Positions 1-12,701 of a stretch of 64,000 nucleotides of DNA are shown here, piece after piece. Source of the stretch: Camelus ferus (taxonomy: Eukaryota); NCBI RefSeq assembly GCF_009834535.1, contig NC_045696.1:114454001-114518000 (forward strand), given 5' to 3'. A program made the position numbers and the translations under genes. Every line of letters starts with the position of its first letter. Position 1 is the first letter of the stretch. The notes under the pieces are model-generated. The model worked only from the letters and a program-made list of their open reading frames with translations, ran no database searches and was not told where the DNA came from.

Positions 1-424
1 ATAGCCAACAGCGTCATTTGACAGAGGACTTTTCCAAATCTTCTTCTACTTTTTCTTTGAGCATTATACTGAATCATTTACCTCTTGTCTGGTTTTTTTA
101 TCTTCTCCAAAGTTGATGGAATCACTTGATTTGTTAGGAGGGGTACAACTTTGATTATGCTGTTGTAGTTTGGCATTTTCTCCATACCAAGTGACCAAGT
201 TCATTAATTTCATACTAAAAAGGATGATTATGCTGTACACCAGAAACTGACACATTGTAACCTTACAATATCTCAGTAAAAAAAGCAATAAAGCCATATT
301 GTAACTACTGCTACTTCTACCACTAGTTTGACAGTAATGAAGAGTGAAGTTTTCCTTCAGCAAATTTTCCAAAAGTACCTATGTAAGATGCCATGTTGAG
401 TAGCTCGTAGATAATGTTTCAGTC

Positions 425-940
425 ATATGTATACATCCATATTTTTTTTCATGTTCTTTTTCATTATAAGTTACTACAAGGTATTGAATATGGTTCTCTG
501 TGCTCTACAGAAGAAATGCTGTCTATCCATTTTATATATACTAGTTAATATTTGCAAATCTCAAACTCCCAATTTTCCCTACCCACCCCCTTTCCCACTG
601 GTAACCATAAGTTTGTTTTCTATGTCTGTGAGTCTGTTTCTATTTTATAGATAAGTTCTTTAGTGTCTTCTTTTTTCTTTTCTTTTTTTCTTTTAGATTC
701 CACACATGAGTGATATCATATGGTATTTTTCTTTCTCTTTCTGGCTTACTTCACTTAGAATGACCATCTTCAGGCCCATCCATGTTGCTGCAAATGGTAT
801 TATTTTTATTCTTTTTTTATGGCTGAGTAGTATTCCATTGAATAACTATACCACAACTTCTTTATCCAGTCATCTGTCGGTGGACATTTAGGTTGTTTCC
901 ATGCCTTGGCTGTTGTATATAGTACTGCTGTGAACACTTT
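425..940 (-). mobile_element. LINE-1 3' fragment (ORF2 end + 3'UTR), lineage-specific type
   Basis: Reverse-complement L1 3' motifs: ttagattccaca...tcacttagaatga...tccatgttgctgcaaatgg; ggtaaccataagtttgttttctatgtctgtgagtctgtttc. Confidence 0.9.
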
Positions 941-2539
941 ATTGCTTTTAAAAGGCTTTAAAAGCAATCTAAAATTGGTGATCTACGTGTGCACCAAAGG
1001 CTGAATAAGTGGTCTGCAGATGCTGAAATTTTCAAAATCATTGAGTGAAAGAACAAGTCAGGTTTAAGGGCTGGATGTGGGGCCAAAGGGGAACTAGAGC
1101 CAGAAGCCTGCACACAATCAGGGCAGAAGAGTGTGAGATACACAGCAGTGGGGGAAGGGCTTTAGAGGACCTGGGACATCTTCCATGAGTAGGTTGTTCT
1201 CCCACTGCATGTTGGGAGCATTGCTTCCTGTTAAAGGACTAAGTGGGGCTGACCAGCTGAAATTCTCACTGAAACTTACACTTTCACAATAGGAGCTTAC
1301 CTTAAACTATCTTTGAGCCTTTCTTTCTTACTGCCCTGGACTCAAATATTTAATCCTGGGTGACCACCTCTCCAGCCTCCACAACCAACACATGCCCCTA
1401 TATCCCAGGTTAAGAGATAGAACTCTTTTATCTTTATATTCTTTCCATGGATGATTTTATATACTTCTAGCTTTAACTAGTACTTCAAAGCAAATAGCTT
1501 TTAAGTCAATATTTCCGCCTCATCAATCTCTTAACTCATGGGCCAATTTTCAGCTGCCAGGGGTTCTTTCTTTTCAGAGAGAACCTTCTCCCCAAAGGTG
1601 GGTTTCCTTAAACCCACAAACAAAAATGGCCTCCTGTTTCGAACTCGCATACCTGCTGTTCTTCTGGAAATTATCACTACCATATACTTGCAATGAATAA
1701 GGCATTCATCTTTCATGTTTCAAATCCTTCATATTGGATTCTGTGCTCCTTGAGTGCTAAGACTATGCTTGATTTATTTGTCAACCCCACTCATCCTCAC
1801 TGCTCCCTGCAGGGCACATGGCAGACGGTACATATAGATGTTCCCAAATATTGGATAAATGAACATATGAATGAGTGAGCCATTTCGGATACTTGCATCC
1901 TTGTTTCTGGCATTTCACTGGTCAAATAAAAATGAAATTACAATCTAAAATTTAGCATACTTTTGTTCCTTTGCCTGCCACAAGAGACACTTTTCTTGGA
2001 ACATAACATTTAACAGATTTCTTAGTGTTCCTTTTTAAAACCAGACATTTTCATTAAAATGTACTGAAACCAGACTGATATGCAAAGTAAGATACAAGGC
2101 AAAAGGCCATAAGGGAAAGCAATTTTAGCAAAATTTAGTAAGAAAGTAGAGAAAAGAAGCTTAAGTATATGTTAATAATTGTTAAATATTGCAAATAACC
2201 AAATATTTAACCTGAGAGAAATAAATGTATGTAAGTTGTGGGCTGTGATAGACACACTTGTCAAAAACTGATGTTTTAGGCAGTCTTATTACCTTAGTGA
2301 CTTGATAAATTTCCTCTATTTAAAATTCTAATAAACTTGTAATCATTTAATGGAGTCTGTGCATTCTCTGTTGTATTTTCATTTTCCTTGCTCAATTTAC
2401 TCGTTTTTTCTTTCTCTCTATATAACAGATTTTATAAAACCCATTGCTGGTCGTGCAGTGTTTTGGACAAAAATTTGTGAGCTAATTACAGCCTTAAACA
2501 TCTCGAAGTGAATCCATTTGTCTTAAGTGGGCTTGATGA

Positions 2540-3290
2540 ATTTGGTCCTTCATTTATCTTTCTTACACACACATCAGGATATACGACAGCTATTAAAGTC
2601 CTTATAAGATCCTTTTCTCAAGATGACTCACCTAAAGCAAGTAAGAAGGGAACTGGGATACACACACACACAGATGCACACTTACATACACACGTACTGG
2701 CACACACACATACACGCACATATACACATTTGTCATGCTTTTTATCCTATGGTCAATGCCTGGATCAGGAACCAGTGAGTGGAGGTGGGAGGAACACCTT
2801 TCACTATTACATCTAATGGTTCATTGTGGGCAATTTTTGTTTGCTCTTTGTTGAGCCCTTGGGCCCCATGAATTTGGAGGTTTTAGTGCTCAAGGGAGGA
2901 ATACTTCTGCCAGGTGGCAGAGTTGTAGTTCCCATGGATTGGAGGCAAGAACTGATCCTCTGTGTACTCTGGGCTTTTTCTGCCACTGAACCAACTGGTA
3001 GAGAGTATCATCATTGGATTGCCAGGAGGATTGATGCCAGTGATCAGAAATTGGATTGCTTTCCTGTGGTGCAGGCAAAGAAGACCATATCTGGGATCCA
3101 GGGAATTCACTGGAGCTCCTTTTGAGACTCCTGCTTTCAATAGTCCCGGTGAATCAAAAAAGTGGCAACCCAATAAAGACAAGACCACTCTTTCATTTCC
3201 CACAAGAACGAAGTGTGTAGAGTGGAAGAAAGCAGCTCTAATTGCAAACTTAGGTCTTAGGAACTGGGTACAGAAAGAATAAAATAATTG
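2540..3290 (+). mobile_element. ERVL-family internal fragment with decayed dUTPase-like region
   Basis: Translations LEVLVLKGGILLPG..VVVPMDW and GLFLPLNQ resemble the ERVL pol-downstream dUTPase (LEVLVPKGGMLPPG..IPLNW..GLLMPLNQ); frameshifted. Confidence 0.75.
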
Positions 3291-3819
3291 TTTATTTTTT
3301 CACTTTTTTCCTTTTCCTTTATGCGAAGAACTCCAACATTGGCTAGCCTGTGAGGTTTGCGATGGGAGTATGACGCACTGCTTTTGCATTCTAAGGAGAA
3401 AGTTAAGGGAAAAGAAAATTAAAGTCGGATTTTAATAAAGCAAGGAGTCCTCAGAGGATTAAGAAAATATAATCGAAGAAATTGAAGTTAGAAAGGTGAG
3501 GCTCCCTTCTGGGCCGGGGCTTGACTTTTCTCTAAGTTTATCTTCAAGCCGTGTTTTCAGTACAGATCACCATTTGTATATGAATAACTGTTTAATCAAT
3601 GGGCTTTGATATTTTAATTATATGTGTTTTTTTCTTAGATGAAGCTTTTCTCTGGGGTTTGTTTGCATCAGTGTTTTTCAAAGTATCATGTAACGATCTT
3701 TTCAAAGGGTTTCTATCTTCTAGAATGTTATTTGCCTTTTTCACTTTCATTCACTTATGTATGTGTAGTGGAGTTAATGTAACAGGTTGACCACAGAAGC
3801 AGGTAGAGGGTCTCACTGC

Positions 3820-4100
3820 CTTTTATCAAGTCATACATTAAAGAGACTTGCAAAAATTTAACACAGTGACACTCTTCTCACTATTTGTTTTTAAATAAAA
3901 ATGGTCTTTATTTTAATCCATGTAGTTTTACCATGAGTTTAAAAGAATGAATAACAAAATATTCCATAAAACGATCAGCTTTAATTTCTTCCTACGGTAA
4001 ATAATTGGAGATAGAACCTACATAAACCTTCTTTGAGTTCTTCAAAAATTTTTCTGAGTGCAAGAGGATTCTGGGACCCACAAGCTGAAGAATGGCTAGT
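3820..4100 (+). mobile_element. hAT-Charlie DNA transposon 3' fragment (Charlie1-like)
   Basis: acattaaagagacttgcaaaaat..cactcttctcact and acataaac..ctttg..aaaaattttt..gggaccc..gagaa pattern typical of the Charlie1 3' end. Confidence 0.6.
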
Positions 4101-4234
4101 GTGCACCAGGCCATTTTTTAGATCAGGCACCTGTATTTTGCTTGAATATTTTAACTTGCTTTTGGCTCCTGGTTCCAACCAGGAACGGCAGGTGTAAGAG
4201 CCTGTAAGATAATAAGCATTGAACAAAATCTCTC

Positions 4235-4640
4235 ATTTATTCAATCACTTGACATATTTTTGATTGACAGCCTATCATAAGCCAGGTATTGTGCAAATTC
4301 CTGGGTATAAAAATCAAAACCAACAGTCTCTACTAACATAGGTCTAATTTTCAGTGAGTAGAGAAGGGAGAGAAACATTTAACAGGTCATCACAAAAAAG
4401 GTAGTTAATTACAGTTGTGATGAGCACCTGACAAGGAAGCACAGGGTGGAGTGAAAGTAGGTCCAGGGACTCCTGAACCAAGCAGGGATCCTTCAGGAAG
4501 TAACATTTCAAGAAACAGCATGGGAAGAGAATACCTTACTTGTTAAGCAAAGAAAGAACATAAAAGATGAGGTTAGAAGTTAGGGCCAGGTCACACCACA
4601 CCTTGAGGATCACGTTAAAAGATTTACTTTGTGTATGAGG
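4235..4640. mobile_element. LINE-2 fragment
   Basis: atttattcaa..catatttttgattga..cctat..gccaggtattgtgc L2 terminal motif, followed by ggccaggtcac..ccttga. Confidence 0.6.
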
Positions 4641-4859
4641 ATGTGTGTGTGTGTTCATGTCACCTTGTATGCACGTGGGTGTGTACATGTGTGGACAGCT
4701 GGTAGTCCCAGTTTAAAACAGATGGCATTTTTAATATTTATCTAACATCAAACCATAGAAGTTTAGTTAAATGATTGTATATTGTTGCAATGGAATATTA
4801 CAAATGTCTTAAGTAAGATATATGTGCAAATTTATTGAAAAAAAGCCATTCATGATCTC

Positions 4860-6780
4860 CTTTTTTTGCCAACATTTATTTTATTTAAAAACTTTCAAAT
4901 TCGTTTTTATTGATGTACAGATCTAAGAGTTTTGACAAATGAAAAGAGTTGCATAACCACTGCCATAATTAGGATACAAAACAGTTACATCACTTCAAGT
5001 AATTTCTTCACACTGCTCTTTTAGTTAACCCAGACTTTACCCCTCAAACCATCGCAACCACTGGTTTGTTTTCCATCCCTACAGCTTTGCCTCTTCCAGA
5101 ATGTTATGCAAATGAAATCATGGCTCCTTCCTTTTATAGCCCAGTTGCATTTCATTGTATGGGTGTATCACAGTTTATATATCTGTTTTTCTGTTGAAAG
5201 AATATTTATACGATTCCCAGTTTGGGGCAATTATGAAAAATGCTGCTATAAACATTCATACACAGGTTTTTGTGTGAACATAAATTTTCAGATCTCTAGG
5301 GTAAATATTCAGCAATGGGATTGCTAAGTTGTATAGTAATTGTATGTTTAACTTTATAAAAAATTGCCAAATGGTTTCCCAGGTGGCTATAAAATTTACA
5401 TCCTCACAAGCAATGAGCGAGAATTCCTATTGCTGATTCTTCACCAACACTTGATATTGTCGGTTTTTTCCCAGACATTTTAATAGGTAAGTGGTATCTC
5501 ATCATGCATTCAATTAGTATTTCCTTACAAGTCATCGTGTTGATCATCTTTTCTTGCTTATTTTCCACCTATCTTGTTTGATGAAATTGTGTTAACTATT
5601 TTGCCCTCTTTTTATTGTTTTCTCTGAAACTGAGTTTTGAGAATTCTTTATGTATTCTATATACAAGTCTCTTGTCAGGTTGGCAACAATTTCTCTGTTT
5701 GTAGCTTGTCTTTTCATGCTTTTAACAATATCTCTCATAGATCAAAAGCTTTTAGTTTTGAAATCTAATTGATTATTTTTATCTTTCGTAGATTGTGTTT
5801 TCAGTGTTGTATTTAAGAACACTTTCCTTTCCCAATGTTGTGAAGATCATCTATTTTTTCTAACGTTTTATAGTTTTATGATTTGCATTTAGATCCATTC
5901 GTTTATTGAGTTTATTTTTGTGTTAGGTATGAGATGTATAAATATCCCATTGTTCCAGCGTTGTTTGTTGAAAGGTTATTTTTTCTCTGCTGAATTGACC
6001 TTCCACTTTTGACAAAAATCAGTTGGCTCTAGATGTGTGGGTTTATTTCTGGATTCCCTAGTCGGTTCCATTTGTTTATGTGTCTACCCAGCTACCTTTT
6101 ACCAATACAATTTAGTTTTGAGTTGTGTACCTGATAGTAAGCAAGCCCCAAAGTCCAATCAAGTAGTGTTAAGTCCTCTAACTTTTTCTTCTTTTTAAAA
6201 ATTCTTTTGGTTTCTAATCCCTTTGCTTTTCTCCATTAATTGTAGAATCAGTTTGTCAATACCTACAAAAAAGTCTTTCTGGGATTTTTATTGGGGTATC
6301 ATTAGCCTGTAGATCAATCTGAGGATAGTTGACACCTCTGTGATCCTGAGCCTTCCAGTATATGAACATGGAACTTTTCCTCTTTCATTTCTGTCTTTGA
6401 CTTCTTTCATCAGTGTTTTATAATTTTTAGTATACAAATCCCACACATATTTTATTAACTTTGCAAATATGGGTCCCATTTTTATATCTATTGTAAATTA
6501 TACTTTTGAAATACTGCAGTTTCAAATTATTCATTGATTGTACACAGACGTGTGATTGATTTCTATATATCAACCATTTATCTTGTGAAAACTCAGTTAT
6601 AAGAGCTTTTTGGTAGCTTTCTTGAGATTTTCTGTGTCCTCAAGCATATTACCTATAAATAGAGACAATTTTCTTTCTTTCCAATCTGTACATTTTTTAT
6701 TTCTTATTCTTGCCTTATTCCCAGATATTTTTTGCTGGATGTGGAATTCTGGATTGACAGTTCTTTTACCCCAGAACTTT
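4860..6780 (-). mobile_element. Ancient LINE-1 (L1M-type) fragment
   Basis: Degenerate antisense L1 3'UTR/ORF2 (ttccagtttggggcaattatg, tgtagatcaat..gatagttgaca); ORF 6288-6479 has L1 ORF2-like DLYTKNYKTLMKEVKD. Confidence 0.85.
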
Positions 6781-8138
6781 AAAACTGGTGTTCCATAGTG
6801 GCTGCACCAAACTGCATTCCCACCAGCAGTGTAGGAGGGTTCCTCTTTCTCCACAGCCTCTCCGGCATTTGTCATTTGTGGATTTTTGAATGACGGCCAT
6901 TCTGACTGGTGTGAGGTGATACCTCATTGTAGTTTTGATTTGCATTTTTCTGATAATTAGTGATATTGAGCATTTTTTCATGTGCTTTTTGATCATTTGT
7001 ATGTCTTCCTTGGAGAATTGCTTGTTTAGGTCTTCTGCCCATTTTTGGATTGGGTTGTTTATTTTTTTCTTATTGAGTCGTATGAGCTGCTTATATATTC
7101 TGGAGATCAAGCCTTTGTCAGTTTCATTTGCAAAAATTTTCTCCCATTCTGTAGGTTTTCTTCTTGTTTTACTTCTGGTTTCCTTTGCTGAGCAGAAGCT
7201 TGTAAGTTTCATTAGGTCCCATTTGTTTATTCTTGCTTTTATTTCTACTAGGAGAAAATTTTTGAAATGTATGTCAGATATGTTTTGCCTATGTTTTCCT
7301 CTAGGAGGTTTATTGTAAACAGTGTGGAGATTCCTCAAAAGACTAGGAATAGACTTACCGTATGACCCAGGAATCCCACTCCTGTGCTTGTATCCAGAAG
7401 GAACCCTACTTCAGGATGACACCTGCACCCCAATGTTCATAGCAGCACTATTTACAATAGCCAAGACATGGAAACAGCCTAAATGTCCATCAACAGGTGA
7501 CTGGATAAAGAAGAGGTGGTATATTTATACAATGGAATACTACTCAGCCATAAAAACCGACAACATAATGCCATTTGCAGCAACATGGATGCTCCTGGAG
7601 AATGTCATTCTAAGTGAAGTAAGCCAGAAAGAGAAAGAAAAATACCATATGAGGTCACTCACATGTGGAATCTAAACAAACAAAAACAAAAACAAACACA
7701 AACAAACAAACAAACAATCAAACAAAAGCAAAGCATAAATACAGGACAGAAATAGACTCATAGACAGAGAATACAGACTTGTGGTTGCCAGGGGGGTGGA
7801 GGGCAGGAAGGGATAGACTGGGATTTCAAAATTGTATAATATATAAACAAGATTATACTGTATAGCACAGGGAAATATACACAAAATGTTATGGTAGCTC
7901 ACAGAGAAAAAAAATGTGACAATTAGTGTGTAAATGTCCATGTATGACTGAAAAGTTGTGCTGAACACTGGAATTTGACACAACATTGTAAAATGATTAC
8001 AAATCAATAAAAAAAAGTTAAAAAAAAGAAATGGAGATGAAATAAAGACATCCTCAGATTTTATATAAATAAATAAATAAATACTCTACTCATTATTAAA
8101 AAACAAAACAAAACAAAACAAAAAAAACTGGTGTTCCA
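6781..8138 (+). mobile_element. Young 5'-truncated LINE-1 with 5' inversion, 3' transduction and 15-bp TSD
   Basis: TSD AAAACTGGTGTTCCA at 6781-6795 and 8124-8138; inverted ORF2 segment ~6791-7316 ([24 protein letters not shown]); forward ORF2 end 7317-7675 (CTPMFIAALFTIAKTWKQPKCPS), then 3'UTR and A-tail ~8009-8030; second A-rich tail ~8098-8127. Confidence 0.95.
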
Positions 8139-8172
8139 CTGTTGTGCCAAGCAGAGAAACAGCCCCTCCAAA

Positions 8173-8605
8173 ATACATCAGCCAATGATCAGCATCAAGG
8201 CTACAAAGAAGAAAGAGCTTTATTTGGGGTCTTAAGAACTGCAGTTCAGGAGACACAGATTTGGGTAAAATTGAGAGTATTGCATGGAAGAGAAAGAGTA
8301 TAGGTTTTACCAAGACAAAAAAACCCCACAAGTTTGTTAAAGTTGCCTAATAAGAATTGTGATTAACTCTGACATAAGTTAGGAAATAATTGTCCTTAAG
8401 GAACCACAAGTTATTTTAAAGTAAGTGTCAATAATTCACTTGAGTTTCTGGCAGATCTTCTGGATGCCTTTGTTAGGACAATAAGTAGCCAAAAGTTCAG
8501 ATTCCATCCGGGCTGAAATATACATAATTCACACTTCTTTAATGGTCTCCTGGCTTCACCTCAGAGAGCTCTGTTAGCAATATCAACTCCATTTTGATCT
8601 TCCTT
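8173..8605 (-). mobile_element. ERV LTR inserted into MLT1
   Basis: Splits the MLT1 motif cccc-ccaaagatg; agctttatt (antisense AATAAA) and ctccattttg LTR-like motifs. Confidence 0.55.
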
Positions 8606-8861
8606 CCAAAGATGTCCACATTCTAATGTCTGGAACCCGAGAATAGGTTATCTTATTTACAACTCTGCAACTCAATTAAGGTGGTGAGAAAATCCTGGGT
8701 TTTCCAAGTGGACTCAGTTTAATCCCATGTGTCCTTAAAAGCAGAGAATCTTTTTCCCGCTGTGTTCAGAGGACACAGGACTGTGGATAAGTGGTCAGAG
8801 AAATATAATATTATTGGCTTTGCAAATGGAGGAAAGGAACCACAAAACAAAGTACGTGGGC

Positions 8862-9490
8862 ACCCCAATGTTCGTAGCTACACTATGTACAATAGCCAAG
8901 ACATGTAAAAAAACCTAAATGTCCATCAACAGATGACTGGATAAAGAAGATGTGGTGTGTATGTATACAATAGAATATTACTCAGCCATAAAAAAGAATG
9001 AAATCATGTAATTGGCAACAACATGGATGGACCAGGAGATCGTCATTAGAAGTGAAGTAAAACAGAAAGAGAATAAAAAATACTATATGATATCACTTAC
9101 ATGTGGAATCAAAAAAAAAAAAAGAGAGAAAGAGAGACACAAATGAACTTATTTACAAAACAGAAACAGACTCACAGACATAAAAAACAAAATTACTCTT
9201 ACTGGCAGGGGAAGGGGGTGGGAAGGGATAAATTGGGAGTTCTATATTTCCAAATATTAACTATTATATACAAAAATAGATTTATAAAAAAGATTTCTTC
9301 TGTATAGCACAGAAGACTATGTTCAATATCTTATAGTACCTATAATGAAAAATATGAAAAAAGCATATGTGTATGTCTATGTATGACTGAAACATGCTGT
9401 ACACCAGAAATTGACACAGCATTGTAAACTGACTACACTTCAGTTAAAATTTTTTTAAAGATCAGAGAAACAAATAATAAAAAAAAATAA
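8862..9490 (+). mobile_element. LINE-1 3' fragment inserted into MLT1
   Basis: caccccaatgttc..aatagccaagacatg..tactcagccataaaaaag..3'UTR..A-rich tail. Confidence 0.9.
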
Positions 9491-10691
9491 GCTGGAAAAG
9501 GGAAGGAACCAGATTCTCCCCTAGAAGCTGCCAAAAGGAAAGCAGTCCTACAGACACTTTAATTTTAGCAGTGAAAGCCACATTGGACTTCTAACCACAA
9601 AACTGTAAAATAAGAAAATTACATTCTTTAAAGCCACTAATTTTGTGGTAATTTGTAAAGCAGGAATTGAAAAGTAATGCAACTGTCCTCAGTTTTCTGT
9701 TCTGGTTTCTGTTTCTGGTTTTTGTTGACCAATCTTCAGTCATTTGAATTGTTACTTTTTACATAATGTGCTGTTTTCTTTGCAGATCAATTTGGCAATA
9801 CTGAACAATATTAAACTTCTGATGTTTCCGCATTTGTTTTCTTCTATAATTTCTTTCAAAAGTGTTTCACTGTTTTCAGGGTATAAATTTTACATTTCTT
9901 CTGTTAAATTTATTCTTTAGTTATTTCTATTGAGACTATTTAAATGTAATTGTTTTCTAATTTCTATTTCAGTTTGCTTATTGTTACTGTATAGAAAAGC
10001 AATAGAATTTATTATGTTGATTTTACATCCTTCAAACTCTCTGAACTCCTTTATGTTAATGGTTTATTATTTTTATTTTATTTAAAAATTTTTAAAAGTT
10101 AATAGATTTCCTTAGAATTTTCTATTAGTGTGATGTATTCCATGAGTTGATTTTCAGATGTTGAACCAATTTTGCATTCCCAGGACAAATCATATTTAGT
10201 CATGATGAATACTAATCCTTTTGATATGTTGCTAGATTTGATTTACAGTACTTTGTTGGTGATTTTTGAAACTGTATTTGTAAAAGGTATTGATCTCTAG
10301 TTTCTTTTAGGGGGGATATCTGGAGCCTGAAAGCAAGCCCTACTGAGCTGAAGTACAAGAAAGTCTCCCTTCCCTGAGTGCTGGCACCCAGGCTAAAGGG
10401 AAGAAACCTGGAGATCAAGGTCATGGACAGAAGCAAGTCAGGTTGTGGAGTGACCTACTCAACAAGTGGCTGGGGGAGGGGTTGCTCATAGGAGATGTTT
10501 TTCTAAACTTCACTGTCTTGCCAGGGGAGGACTAAGTTCTTCTTGGTTCCAGGACATGAGTAGGGAATTCATAGGGATTGAGTAAGGAAGAAGCTACCAG
10601 TGCTAGTCAGGCACACTTACCCCTTTATGTCTCCCATCATGGAATTAGATGCAGGCTTCTGTTAACACACCGAGAGTTCTATGCTCCAAAA

Positions 10692-10804
10692 GAGAGTGAC
10701 CGACCCTCCTGACTGGCCCTGGACTGAGAGGTTCCCAGGACCTGGGACTTTCAGTGCTAAAAAGAGGGGAGACCTGGGCAAACTGGGACAAGTAGGTCAC
10801 CCTA
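10692..10804. mobile_element. MER81-like hAT-Blackjack MITE
   Basis: Terminal inverted repeats gagtgacc...ggtcaccct; internal tgggactttcagtgctaaaa. Confidence 0.8.
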
Positions 10805-11158
10805 CTTCAAAGTGATCTACTTCTCCCAGTAAAAATATGAATTCTCTCTCTACTTGATTAGCTAGGTGGGAAGAAAAAGGCAGTGTTACTGGGTCTGGGA
10901 GTTTGTGTAATATGTTTTCACAATTCTCTGTGGAAATGTAATTATTTTGATTTCAATTATAATAAAGTTAAATGTGAGATTCTCTCTTGCATCTGAGAAT
11001 GTCTGTCTTTTTTAAATGTCTTTATTATGGCATGATTCTTGTACAATAAACTACATGTATTTGAGATGAACAATTTGATGAATTTTGATAGATGTATATA
11101 CCCATGAAACCACCACCACTATCAAAATAGAAAACATTTCCATCACTCCTTGAGAGGT

Positions 11159-11390
11159 GCAAATTTTGAATTCCCAATTTATCCCTTCCCACCGCCTTTA
11201 CCTGCTGGTAACCGTAAAGTTGTTCTCTATGTCTGTGAGTCTGTTTCTGTTTTGTGGATAAGTTCATATGTGTCCCTTTTCTTAGACAACATAGATAAAC
11301 CTGGAGATTGTCATTCTAAGTGAAGTAAACCAGAAAGAGAAAAAAAGTATCATATGAGATCGCTCATATGTAGAATCTAAAAAAGAGAAT
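11159..11390. mobile_element. Short inverted LINE-1 remnant (two adjacent L1 pieces in opposite orientation)
   Basis: ~11159-11281 is antisense L1 3'UTR; ~11283-11385 is sense ORF2 end (cattctaagtgaagtaa..gaatctaaaaaa). Confidence 0.8.
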
Positions 11391-12249
11391 GTCTTACAAG
11401 CAGGATATTGCTTAGATATTTCAGTGTCTGAAGTTTTGGCTGTTTGACACTGAGTAGCACTATGTCTGTTGTCAGGTCCCAATATGTAAAAATCAGAGTC
11501 AGACTTAACAGATATCAACTGAGGAGCAAATGTCTTCCCTCCAGGTTATCCCAAGAAAGATTTCCTAGTTCTTTCATTAGAAAAGAGTGTTGAGAAAATC
11601 AAATTAAAGCAAAGCAGAAAGTAGTGAAGTATAGAACTCAAAATTTCATCTGTGTCCTAGTAATTAGTAGCATATTTGGGTTGTGACTTCTGGATTCATT
11701 TCAGCAAAATAACATCTTCATTTATGCTCTGTTGCTGTAGCTAATGAATTATACTTTTATTGGTTTAGTACCTTTTTGAGTTTTAATTTACTTTCATTGT
11801 TGAATCAATGCAATAGTTATGAGCAGTTTCTACTATGCCTTTTCTGTATATATAAGTCAACACTGTCTCTATAAACAGAAACATGTATAGCCTCCCAAAG
11901 TTTTCCTGATTTAGTGCAGATGCATTACTGTCTGAAAGACGTTAGGCTCTCTATACAGGAAGATGGAAAGGGTTAAGTGGGAAATGGGAAGAGATGAACA
12001 GAAAAAGTGCTGTCAGCATGTTTAAAGATCCAATGTACTCCTTAAGGTTAACTTCATATCTGATTTCCTGACGTTTTTTATCGTACTATTTAGAATCCAT
12101 TACTTCTTAAAATCTCTAAAGATCTCTAAATCATGACTCCCATGCTTTTAGTTGTAAGTTTTCTAAGGAAATAGAACACTTAAGTGGAAGTTATTTTGGG
12201 GGGGTAATTTAGAAATCAGGCTTAGGGAAAATGAGGACTTTCTGTATAA

Positions 12250-12500
12250 TGTATAATAATAGTGAGAATTGTGATAAGTAAAACTTACACTGATCACCTA
12301 TATGTCATGTGTTATTCTAGATGTTTTAATAGATTATTTAATTTGCCACAACCATCTAGGAGTCAGCTGCTAGTATTCTCATTTCACAGAAGAGAAAACA
12401 GAGGCCCAGAAAAATATGGTAATTTCAGGAGGTTGCACAACCAGCGAATAATGGATCCTGCATTTAAACTCAGATAACTTGATTTCAAAGTGCACATTAT
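12250..12500 (-). mobile_element. MIR SINE
   Basis: attctcatttcacagaagagaaaacagaggcccaga MIR core. Confidence 0.75.
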
Positions 12501-12701
12501 TAGACATTATGCTAAGAAATGTGATTAGCAATAAAATGATCTGTGATCCATAGTAAAGAAGAAATTCACCATACAACTTAGAAGTAATGGATCCTGGATT
12601 TAAACTCAGGTAATCTGATTTCAGAGTGCACATTCTTAGACATCATGCTTAGAAATATGAGTAGTAATAAGATGATCTGTGATCTATAATAGAGAAGAAA
12701 T
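12435..12701. repeat. Diverged tandem duplication, period 136 bp
   Basis: taatggatcctg..atttaaactcag..gtgcacatt..agaagaaat occurs from 12449 and again from 12585. Confidence 0.9.

Larger units (their letters stand above)
8143..9681 (+). mobile_element. MaLR solo LTR (MLT1D-like), interrupted by two later insertions
   Basis: TG...CA ends with 5-bp TSD ACTGT (8138-8142, 9682-9686); ccaaagatgtccac, gctggaaaag..cagattctcccctaga, ttaaagccactaattttgtggtaatttgt motifs. Confidence 0.85.

Noticed and set aside
6766..7675. 190-aa and 117-aa ORFs as host genes
   Set aside because: Both are LINE-1 ORF2 pieces of the inverted insertion.
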